NCBI GenBank assembly: GCA_038247725.1
Contig: JBBRUO010000001.1
Location: 1-51,643, forward strand
Reading direction: 5' to 3'
Origin: Gemmatales bacterium
GTDB lineage: Bacteria; Planctomycetota; Planctomycetia; Gemmatales; Gemmataceae
DNA: 51,643 nucleotides
The notes under the pieces are model-generated. The model saw only the letters and a program-made list of their open reading frames with translations. It did not search any database and was not told the origin of the DNA. Position numbers and translations under genes: made by a program. Shown here one piece after another: positions 9,017-16,873 of the stretch (within the stretch, counting starts at the first letter, position 1; every line of letters starts with the position of its first letter).

Positions 9017-9889
9017 ATGGAAAAGCCTTCCGTCCTCTTGCAACTGGACACCGACCCGCACCCCAGCGTCTTCGACCGGGTGGTCGCGGTCGATGCCGGG
9101 GTGCAACATATCTTCAGCTACGGCGGTGTCACGCCGGAGAACGTCAAGCCGCTGGTGCAGGGGTGCATCTTCACCCGCGGCCATGCGGACCTGAAGCGCA
9201 CCGCCATTTTCGTCGGCGGGTCGGACCTGGCAGCGGGGGAAGCCCTGTTCGACGCGGTGCAAAAGCTGCTGATTCCCGAATACAAACTGACCGTCTCCGT
9301 CATGCTGGACAGCAACGGGGCGAATACCACGGCGGCGGCGGCCGTTCGCGCGGCCGCCCGACACCTGGATTTGAGCCGGACCAAATCGCTCGTCCTCGGC
9401 GGCACCGGGCCGGTGGGTCAGCGGGTGGCGCGGCTGCTGGCCAAGCACGGCGGCCACGTCCGCATCGGCAGCCGGCAGAAGGAGCGGGCCGAGGCGGTGT
9501 GCGCCGGCCTGCGGAACATTTACCCGAACGCCGCGCTGGAAGCCGTCGCCACCGCCACCAGCGCCGACGGACCGGCGGCCCTCGACGGCCGGGAACTGGT
9601 GGTCGCGGCCGGGGCCGGTGGCGTCGTGCTGCTGCCGAAGAAGCACCGCGACACCTGCAAGACGCTGGAAGTGATGATCGACCTGAACGGCGAACCGCCG
9701 GCGGGCATTGAGGGCGTCGAGCCGTTCGACAAGGGCACCACCAAGGATGGCGTCATCGCCTACGGGTCGGCCGGCGTCGGCGGCACCAAGATGCGGACCC
9801 ACCGCGCCGCCATCGCCGAGTTATTCACCCGCAGCGACGCCGAGTTCGACATCGACGAGATTTACGACATCGCCCAGAAGCAGGCGTGA
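9017..9889 (+). CDS. NAD(P)-dependent methylene-tetrahydromethanopterin dehydrogenase (MtdA/MtdB/MtdC family)
   Basis: 290 aa from the ATG at 9017. It aligns along its length with MtdA as remembered: L-.DTD..PSVFD, AIFVGG.D.AAGE, MLDSNG.NTTAAA, L.GTGPVG.R, and a C-terminal EIY..A.. ending. It lies immediately downstream of fae. Confidence 0.9.
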   Translation: MEKPSVLLQLDTDPHPSVFDRVVAVDAGVQHIFSYGGVTPENVKPLVQGCIFTRGHADLKRTAIFVGGSDLAAGEALFDAVQKLLIPEYKLTVSVMLDSNGANTTAAAAVRAAARHLDLSRTKSLVLGGTGPVGQRVARLLAKHGGHVRIGSRQKERAEAVCAGLRNIYPNAALEAVATATSADGPAALDGRELVVAAGAGGVVLLPKKHRDTCKTLEVMIDLNGEPPAGIEGVEPFDKGTTKDGVIAYGSAGVGGTKMRTHRAAIAELFTRSDAEFDIDEIYDIAQKQA

Positions 9890-9895
9890 ATCATA

Positions 9896-9956
9896 GGTAG
9901 TCCGCTCCCTCCGGGTGCGGTTCGGAGAAGTCCGCGCCCGGAGGGGGCGGACTACC
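9896..9956 (+). repeat. Long GC-rich hairpin downstream of mtd (terminator-like, no T-tract)
   Basis: GGTAGTCCGCTCCCTCCGGG (9896..9915) pairs with CCCGGAGGGGGCGGACTACC (9937..9956). That gives 20 bp with a single T:G position. Inner GCGG/CCGC pairs can extend the stem to about 25 bp. Confidence 0.6.
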
Positions 9957-9961
9957 CTGCC

Positions 9962-11104
9962 ATGTCCTCCCACCCCCGCGTCGCGTTCTTCACCGGCAAC
10001 TACACCGACATCGTTGATGGCGTGGCGCTCACCAGCATCCGCCAGGTCGAGTACCTCGTCCGGCACAACGTGCCCGTCCGCGTGTACGCCCCGACCAGTT
10101 CCAAGCCCGCGCTCACCTCCATCGCCACCCCTGTTGACGTGCCGTCGATCGGCATCCCGACCATGCCATACCGGGTGGCGTTCGGCCTGACGCCCGGCAT
10201 CCGCGAGGACGTACGACGGTTCGCCCCGGACCTCGTCCACATCGCCACCCCGGACCTGCTCGGCTGGAACGCGCTGAATTGGGCCACCCGTCGCAAGATT
10301 CCCGTCGTCACGACCTTTCACACGCACTTCGCCAGCTACCTCAAGCACTACGGCGTCGGGTTCCTCGAACCGGTGGTGTGGCGGGTGTTCCGCCTCTTCT
10401 ACCGCCGCTGCGCCGAGGTGTCCGTGTCGTGCCAGTCGATGGCCGACGAACTGCGGCGGAACGGCCTGGATGCCAACTTCGTCATCAACCCGTTCGGCGT
10501 GGATCAAACGCACTTCAGCCCGGCGAAGCGGTCGGACGAGTGGCGAGCGGCGCACGGGTTCGGGCCGACGGACGTGGTGGTGGCGTTCGTCGGCCGGCTG
10601 GTCTGGGAGAAGGGGCTGAAGGTGTGGGCGGAGACGATTCGCAAGCTGACGGCCGACGGGGTGCCGCACAAGGCGCTGGTGATCGGCGAGGGGCCGGCCG
10701 GCGCGGGCTTCCGCAAGGTTGCCCCCACCGCCACCTTCACCGGCCGACTGACCGGGGCGGAACTCGGGGTCGCGTTCGCCAGCGCGGACGTGTTCTTCTT
10801 CCCCAGCGCCTCCGAGACGTTCGGCTGCGTGACGGTCGAAGCGCTGGCGTCCGGGTTGGCCTGCGTGGTGGCCGACGCGACTGGCAGCCGGGACATCATC
10901 CGCGATGGCATGGACGGGTTGCTTTGCCCACCGACGGACGTGGCCGCCTTCGCCGACGCCGTAACGCGGCTGGTGCGGAACGCGGAGTTGCGAACCCGTC
11001 TCCAGGCGAACGCCCCGTTCCGCGCCGCCGGGTTCCGCTGGGAGACCGTGCTGGCAACCATGCTCGACAACTTCCGCCGGGTGGCCGGGAAACGGCCGCG
11101 CTGA
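9962..11104 (+). CDS. Glycosyltransferase family 4 (GT-B, group 1)
   Basis: 380 aa. The organisation is typical GT4: an N-terminal Glyco_trans_4-like region and a C-terminal domain with VGRLVWEKG and FFFPSASETFGCVTVEALASGL (EX7E-type motif). Confidence 0.85.
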   Translation: MSSHPRVAFFTGNYTDIVDGVALTSIRQVEYLVRHNVPVRVYAPTSSKPALTSIATPVDVPSIGIPTMPYRVAFGLTPGIREDVRRFAPDLVHIATPDLLGWNALNWATRRKIPVVTTFHTHFASYLKHYGVGFLEPVVWRVFRLFYRRCAEVSVSCQSMADELRRNGLDANFVINPFGVDQTHFSPAKRSDEWRAAHGFGPTDVVVAFVGRLVWEKGLKVWAETIRKLTADGVPHKALVIGEGPAGAGFRKVAPTATFTGRLTGAELGVAFASADVFFFPSASETFGCVTVEALASGLACVVADATGSRDIIRDGMDGLLCPPTDVAAFADAVTRLVRNAELRTRLQANAPFRAAGFRWETVLATMLDNFRRVAGKRPR

Positions 11105-11242
11105 TTGGTCCTCGACCACATCCGTCATCCGGGTACGGGAGTTTCATAAGCAAATCGCCGGTGTTTCACCATTTCCGCGGCTGGCACGGAGGTTGCATTC
11201 TCGAACACCGCTGCTCTCCTCATCTCCTCCCGAGGGTCTGCG

Positions 11243-11767
11243 ATGACCCGCCTTTCCGTCCTCGCCCTCTTCGCCGGTGCTGCCGTCTCGTTCCCAGCCG
11301 CACGGGCCGAAGACCCTCCGAAGAGCGATTCCGACACCAAGCCCGCCAGCGACGTGATCGTGACGAAGTTCAACGCCGGAGACGTGACTGGAACGGTCGC
11401 GAAGGTGTCTGGGTCGCAGATCACCATCAAGGTGCCGCAACAGGTGCCTAACGGCGTCACCACTCGCTCGGTTCGTGTGCCGAACCCGCACCGTCCGGGT
11501 CACGCGCAGACGTACCACACCGTCCGCCAGAAAATCCCGAAGTACAAGACGGTCCAAACGGACGTGACGTTCGACCTGAGTGGCGAGGTCGCGGTGAAGA
11601 CGGCCAGCGGACGGGCGACGGACATGAGTATGGTTCAGACCGGTTCCCCGGTCGTCGTCCACCTGATGAAGGTGAAGGAGGGGCGGTCGAACGAAAAGGC
11701 CGAGATCCACCTGGAAGTGACCCGCATCCTGGTGCCGAACACCGCCGCTCCGCCGAAGAAAAACTGA
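11243..11767 (+). CDS. Secreted hypothetical protein
   Basis: 174-aa ORF with the signal peptide MTRLSVLALFAGAAVSFPAARA. Composition is balanced and no family was recognised. Confidence 0.55.
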   Translation: MTRLSVLALFAGAAVSFPAARAEDPPKSDSDTKPASDVIVTKFNAGDVTGTVAKVSGSQITIKVPQQVPNGVTTRSVRVPNPHRPGHAQTYHTVRQKIPKYKTVQTDVTFDLSGEVAVKTASGRATDMSMVQTGSPVVVHLMKVKEGRSNEKAEIHLEVTRILVPNTAAPPKKN

Positions 11768-11862
11768 CCGCCGCGCCCCTCCCGCACACGCCCGCCGCCG
11801 GGCGGAGGGAGGTCCGGGTTGGGCTCGGTGTCGTGGGGACACCGGGTTTGATCCGGATCTCT

Positions 11863-11883
11863 CCCGCCCGGCGGCGGGTTTTT
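11863..11883 (+). terminator. Small intrinsic terminator candidate
   Basis: CCCGCC-CGGC-GGCGGG (6-bp stem) followed by TTTTT, about 100 nt downstream of the 11243..11767 ORF. Confidence 0.45.
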
Positions 11884-11971
11884 CACGCGCCCACCGTTGC
11901 CCTTCCGCCCGGTTCGGGTAACTTGTCCGACGCCCGCCGACGCCCCCTCCTCTCCCACTCCGGAGCGACTC

Positions 11972-13435
11972 ATGCTCTCCCGCCGCTGGTCCGTCCTCGC
12001 CGTGCTTGTCGTCGCCGGCTTCGCCCGCGCCGACGTGACGCTGTACCCGCTGTTCACCGACAACATGGTCCTGCAACAGGGGGCCAAACTGCCCGTGTGG
12101 GGCAAGGCCGCCCCCGGCGAAGAAGTGACCGTCACCCTTCTCAAAGGCAAAATGAAGGCCGGCACCGCCACCGCCAAGACCGACGACCAGGGCGACTGGA
12201 AGGTGACGCTCGATGAGCAGACGGCCGGCTCAACATACCGCCTGGAAGTGAACGGCAAGAATGCCGTCGCCCTGACGAACGTGGCCGTCGGTGAGGTGTG
12301 GGTGTGCTCCGGCCAGTCGAACATGGAGTGGCCGTTGAACGCCAGCTACGACGCCGACAGGGCCAAGGCCGGCGCGCTGAACGCCAACCTGCGGCTGTTC
12401 ACCGTGGCCAAGAAGACCAGCACCACCCCGCTGACCGACTCCGCCGACCTGACGCACTTCAGCGGGTGGGCGAGCAGCAAACCGGACAACGTGGGCGGCT
12501 TCTCGGCCGTGGCGTTCCACTTCGGCCAGACCCTCCAGAAGGCGCTGAACGTGCCCGTCGGCCTGATCCACACGTCGTGGGGCGGCACCCCGGCCGAGTC
12601 GTGGGCCAGCGTCGAGGCGCTGGCGGCCGTGCCGGAACTGAAATACTACGCCGACCGCGCGACGGCGTCGGCCGCCCAGTTCGCCAAAGACAAGAAGGCC
12701 GTCGGCCCGAACACGCCGGGGTCGCTGTACAACGCCATGATCCACCCGCTGTTGCCGTTCCCGGTGAAGGGGGCCATCTGGTATCAGGGGGAATCCAACG
12801 CCGGCAAAGCCTACGAGTACCGCACCCTGTTCCGGACCATGATCCAGGACTGGCGGACGAAGTGGGGCACCGACATCGCCTTCCACCTGGTGCAACTCGC
12901 CCCGTGGCACGCGAACGACGCCGAGGGCGTGACGTGGGCCGAACTCCGCGAAGCGCAGACCGAGGCGACGAAGAAGCTCAAGGGCGTCGGCATGGCCGTC
13001 ATCACCGACGTGGGCGACCTGCTGGACATCCACCCCCGCGACAAAACGACCGTGGGCAACCGACTGGCCCGCTCCGCCCTTGCCAAGACCTACGAGAAAA
13101 GCGCGGTCGGGAGCGGCCCGACGTACAAGGAGTCCAAGACCGACGGGGACAAAGTGACGCTGGCGTTCGACAACGTCGGCGGTGGGTTGATGGCCCGGTA
13201 CGGCACCCTGAACGGGTTCACCGTCTGCGGCGAAGACCAGTACTTCTACCCGGCGAAGGCCGTCATCCAGGACAAGGACACCATCGTCGTCACCTGCGAC
13301 AAGGTGGCCAAGCCGGTGGCGGTGCGGTTCTGCTGGAAGAACTTCCCGGTGGCGAACGTGTACAACAAGGACGGCCTGCCGATGGTGCCGTTCCGGACCG
13401 ACGACTTCCCGTGGACGACCATGCCGAAGAAGTGA
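11972..13435 (+). CDS. Sialate O-acetylesterase-like SGNH/CE6-type carbohydrate esterase (DUF303 family)
   Basis: The start is trimmed to the ATG at 11972 (signal peptide MLSRRWSVLAVLVVAGFARA). It has the catalytic block VWVCSGQSNMEWP and the later blocks IHTSWGGTPAE and GAIWYQGESN, which are typical of this family. Confidence 0.8.
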   Translation: MLSRRWSVLAVLVVAGFARADVTLYPLFTDNMVLQQGAKLPVWGKAAPGEEVTVTLLKGKMKAGTATAKTDDQGDWKVTLDEQTAGSTYRLEVNGKNAVALTNVAVGEVWVCSGQSNMEWPLNASYDADRAKAGALNANLRLFTVAKKTSTTPLTDSADLTHFSGWASSKPDNVGGFSAVAFHFGQTLQKALNVPVGLIHTSWGGTPAESWASVEALAAVPELKYYADRATASAAQFAKDKKAVGPNTPGSLYNAMIHPLLPFPVKGAIWYQGESNAGKAYEYRTLFRTMIQDWRTKWGTDIAFHLVQLAPWHANDAEGVTWAELREAQTEATKKLKGVGMAVITDVGDLLDIHPRDKTTVGNRLARSALAKTYEKSAVGSGPTYKESKTDGDKVTLAFDNVGGGLMARYGTLNGFTVCGEDQYFYPAKAVIQDKDTIVVTCDKVAKPVAVRFCWKNFPVANVYNKDGLPMVPFRTDDFPWTTMPKK

Positions 13436-13440
13436 GCGCG

Positions 13441-13473
13441 AAAAAAAGAGCCGCACCCGTTTCGGTGCGGCTC
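13441..13473 (-). terminator. Rho-independent terminator of the HNH gene (sits between convergent genes)
   Basis: GAGCCGCACC (13448..13457) pairs with GGTGCGGCTC (13464..13473), giving a 10-bp stem and a 6-nt loop. On the minus strand the A7 run at 13441..13447 reads as a U7 tract immediately after the stem. Confidence 0.75.
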
Positions 13474-13484
13474 CGGTCACCCAA

Positions 13485-14123
13485 TCACTTCAGCTCGACA
13501 TTCCAGTAGGCGCTGTCCAGGAAGGACGACCACGTCCGGTACTTCTTCTGGCTCAACTTCATGTTCAGCGCCGGGCTGCGCTTCGGCTTCTCCGGCTTGC
13601 GGATGAGCGTCATGTTCGCCTGCCGGGGGGTGCGGCCGCCCTTGCGGACGTTACACCCGACGCACGCGCACACGATGTTCTCCCACGTCGTCCCGCCCCC
13701 CTGGCTGCGGGGGATGACGTGGTCCAGGCTCAGCTCGCTGGTGACGTGCTTCCGCCCGCAGTACTGGCACTGGTTGTTGTCGCGGGCGAAAATGTTCCGG
13801 CGGTTGAACTTCACCGTCTGGCGGGGCACCTTGTCGTACTCCAGCAGGCGGATGACGCGGGGGGCCTGGATCTCCAGGCCGGGCGTGCGGACCCAGTCGT
13901 CCTCTTCCTCGCGGAAGTTGGCCGCCCGGAACGCGCTCAGTTCGGCCCACGACTCGAAGTCGTAGGACAGGAACTGTCCCTCCTCGACGCTGACGACTTC
14001 GGCCTGGCCCTTGCACAGCAGGCAGAAGGCGCGGCGGACGCCGATCACGTGGACGGCCATGAACATCTTGTTCAGGACCAGCACGCTGGAGTCCAGTGGG
14101 GTGTAATTGGTGGCCGGAGTCAT
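13485..14123 (-). CDS. HNH endonuclease family protein
   Basis: 212 aa. The HNH/zinc-finger core is CQYCGRK...LSLDHVIPRSQGGGTTWENIVCACVGCNVRKGGR. Confidence 0.85.
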   Translation of the reverse strand: MTPATNYTPLDSSVLVLNKMFMAVHVIGVRRAFCLLCKGQAEVVSVEEGQFLSYDFESWAELSAFRAANFREEEDDWVRTPGLEIQAPRVIRLLEYDKVPRQTVKFNRRNIFARDNNQCQYCGRKHVTSELSLDHVIPRSQGGGTTWENIVCACVGCNVRKGGRTPRQANMTLIRKPEKPKRSPALNMKLSQKKYRTWSSFLDSAYWNVELK

Positions 14124-14460
14124 GGCGGCAAAAGACCTCCCGTAAACGACGACGAACCGGCCGGCCGGTCGGGGCCAGAGCCGGTTCGTCGGAGAAGACG
14201 CGCCAGGGGTATTGGAGGTTCATTCACAATGCCCATCATACTCCGGCGGAAAAACCGCACGCAAGGGGCTGGCCTGAACATTTCGTTCTTCCTCATCGAA
14301 AACTCACATGATTCGGGACGGGCCGAATCGCCCCGGAACCGCTGCCAGATGGTTGCGGCCCGCGCCGTCTTCGGCTACTGTCATCCTCACCGCCGGAGGA
14401 ATTCGGCGGGACGCCGCCGGCCGGTCGGCCGGACCCCAAGTTCATCTCGAGGAGGTTCCC

Positions 14461-15813
14461 GTGGTCACGCGGAAGGCGCTCCCCTGGCTCGTGCTGCTGC
14501 TGGCTCTGCCAGCCGCGCGCGGGCAGGACGAGCCGAAGAAAGACGACAAGCCGCCGCCGACGGCGAAGGAGCAGTTCACCGCGCTCGTCAAGGACCACGC
14601 TGCTGAACGGCAGAAGATGGTCACCGAAATCGGCAAGCTGAAGGGTGACGAGCGGTCGGAGTTGCTTCAGAAGTACTTCGGCCTGGGCAAGGAGTACGCC
14701 GTGAAGGTGTACCAGTTGGCCGAGGACCACCCGACCGACCCCGTCGCCGCCGACGCGGTGTTCTGGGTGCTGGCGAACGGGGCCGGTTCGACGGTGAGCC
14801 AGAAGGCCGAGGCGAAGGTCGCCGCTCTGGTCGCCGACTTGAAGCCGGCGGAACTGAAAGCGCGGCTCGGGGCGATCCGCGCGATGTCGCCCGCCCTCCT
14901 GGACGCGGTGCTGAAGCGGGCGGACACGGCCGAGGGCGACGCCGCCGCCGATCTGCTCGCGTGGGTCGCCTCCGCCAGGGGGTCGTTCGCACCGGGCAGC
15001 ATGCCGAAGAGCGTGGCCGCCGCCACCGACCGGTTGTTGGAGAAGTACCCGAACAATCCCGCCGTGGCGCGGATCGTGTCGGGTCTGGCGCGGGGCGGGG
15101 CCGCCGACGCGAAGGTCTTGGCGAAACTCGCTGACACCGCGACCGACCCGAAGTTGAAGGCCGAGGCCACCCTGGCCCTGGGGCAGAATCTGGTCGCCCA
15201 GGTGGACGCCCTCGGCGACAAGCCGGCGGAGTTGGCGAAAGTCGCCGCCGAGGCCGAGAAGACCTTGGCGTCGGCCGTGGCACTGCTCGCCAAAGCGGAT
15301 CTGGCCGCGCAGAAGGAGACGGCCGAGCGGGTGTTGACCGCCTTCCGCACCCTGCGAGTCGGGAAGGAAGCGCCGGACATCAAGGGGGCCGACCTGGACG
15401 GGAAGGAGTTCAAACTGACCGACTACCGGGGCAAAGTGGTCCTCCTCGACTTCTGGGGGGACTGGTGACCGCCTTGTCGGGCCATGTACCCGCACGAGCG
15501 GTCGCTCGTGAAGACTCTGGCGGATAAGCCGTTTGCCCTGGTCGGTGTGAACTCGGATCGGGATCTAGACGCGCTGAAGCCGGTGCTGAAGGACGAAAAC
15601 ATCTCGTGGCGGTCGTTCTGGAACGGGCCGATGGGGACCGGTGGGCCGATCTCCAAGACGTGGAATGTCCGCGCCTGGCCGACGCTGTTCCTGATCGACC
15701 ACAAGGGGGTCATCCGGCACAAGTTCGAGGGCAGCCCCGGCGACGAGAAGTTGGACAAGTACATCGAGAAGTTGGTGGCCGAGGCCGAGAAGGACGCGAA
15801 GGGCGGCAAGTGA
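14461..15813 (+). CDS. Exported TlpA-like thiol:disulfide oxidoreductase, candidate selenoprotein (in-frame UGA at 15466..15468 read as Sec)
   Basis: A GTG start at 14461 lies 5 nt after GGAGG and gives the signal peptide [21 protein letters not shown]. ORFs 14308..15468 and 15484..15813 are in the same frame and separated only by a TGA. The read-through junction [28 protein letters not shown] reconstitutes one complete thioredoxin fold with the TGA at the first Cys of WCxxC. Confidence 0.7.
15493..15510 (+). promoter_or_regulatory. SECIS-like hairpin downstream of the in-frame UGA
   Basis: CACGAGC-GGTC-GCTCGTG forms a perfect 7-bp stem with a 4-nt GGUC loop. The stem starts 24 nt after the UGA and the loop starts 31 nt after it. 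CCGCC (15469..15473) and GGCGG (15519..15523) could form a lower stem. Confidence 0.5.
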
Positions 15814-15876
15814 CGCCCCCGGCCGGCGCGGACGACCCGCGCCGGCCGCTTCATTTCGTCATCGGAAACCCACCTC

Positions 15877-16866
15877 ATGCGATTTCCACTCCTCGCGCTC
15901 GCCGGGTTGCTCGTCGGGGTCGCACTCGCGGCCGACCCGCCGCCTCCGGTGCCGAACGACACGTTGCCCAACCCGCTCGCGCTCGACACCGTCCCGCTGG
16001 GCCTGAGCAAACGCACGGTGCCGGCCGACAACCCGCTCACCGCCGACCGCGTGGCGCTGGGTCGGAAACTGTTCTTCGACCCGATCCTCTCCGCGAACAA
16101 GACGGTCGCCTGCGCGACCTGCCACCGGCCCGAGTTGGGGTTCGCCGGCCTCGGGGGGAGGGCGAAAGGCATCCACGGTAAGGAAGGCACTCGCCGCGCG
16201 CCGACGCTGCTCAACCGCGGGTTCGGCACGGCCTTCTTCTGGGACGGGCGGGCGAACTCGCTTGAGGAACAGGCGCTGGAACCGATCGCGAACCCGGTCG
16301 AGATGGGGTCCACGGTGGCCGACGCATTGGCCAAACTGAAAGCCGACGCCGACTACCCGAAGCAGTTCGCGGCGGCGTTCGACAACGGGCTGACGGCCGC
16401 CAACCTGGGCAAGGCGCTGGCCGGGTTCGAGCGAACGCTGGTCCGGGGCGACAGCCCGGTGGACCGCTTCCGCCACAACAGCGACCACGACGCATTGACC
16501 GCGACTGAGCGGCACGGGCTGTGGCTGTACGAGAGCAAGGCGGCCTGTTGGAAGTGCCACGGCGGCGGCAACTTCACCGACGACGGGTTCCGCAACACCG
16601 GCGTCGGCTGGGGCCAGGCAGACCTCGGCCGGTTTGCCGTGACCAAGACCGACGCCGACAAGGGGAAATACAAGACGCCGACACTGCGGGGGGTGAAACT
16701 CCGGCCGCCGTACATGCACGACGGCAGCCTGGACACGCTGGAAGCGGTGGTCGAGTTCTACGACCGAGGCGGCGGCAAGAACCCGCGCCTCGACCCGCTC
16801 GTGAAACCGCTCGCCCTGACCGCCGACGAGAAGCGGGCGCTGGTGGCGTTCCTGAAGGCGTTGTGA
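15877..16866 (+). CDS. Di-haem cytochrome c peroxidase (CCP/MauG family)
   Basis: 329 aa with a signal peptide and two CxxCH haem-binding motifs (CATCH and CWKCH). Family blocks FFWDGRA, LEEQA..P and TPTLRGV....PYMHDGS are present. Confidence 0.9.
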   Translation: MRFPLLALAGLLVGVALAADPPPPVPNDTLPNPLALDTVPLGLSKRTVPADNPLTADRVALGRKLFFDPILSANKTVACATCHRPELGFAGLGGRAKGIHGKEGTRRAPTLLNRGFGTAFFWDGRANSLEEQALEPIANPVEMGSTVADALAKLKADADYPKQFAAAFDNGLTAANLGKALAGFERTLVRGDSPVDRFRHNSDHDALTATERHGLWLYESKAACWKCHGGGNFTDDGFRNTGVGWGQADLGRFAVTKTDADKGKYKTPTLRGVKLRPPYMHDGSLDTLEAVVEFYDRGGGKNPRLDPLVKPLALTADEKRALVAFLKAL

Positions 16867-16873
16867 CGCCGGC

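Noticed and set aside
7848-9889. Long N-terminal extensions of fae (ORF 7848..8948) and mtd (ORF 8783..9889) offered by the ORF track
   Set aside because: The upstream parts are R/P/S-rich and overlap the esterase gene or fae. Family alignments as remembered begin at the internal ATGs 8451 and 9017, each preceded by a purine-rich SD-like sequence.
14308-15813. Treating 14308..15468 and 15484..15813 as two independent genes, or as a dead pseudogene
   Set aside because: The two pieces are in the same frame and join into one uninterrupted thioredoxin fold. The only defect is a TGA exactly at the redox Cys, and a suitable hairpin follows. The pseudogene reading is not excluded and is given as the refutation condition of the selenoprotein finding.
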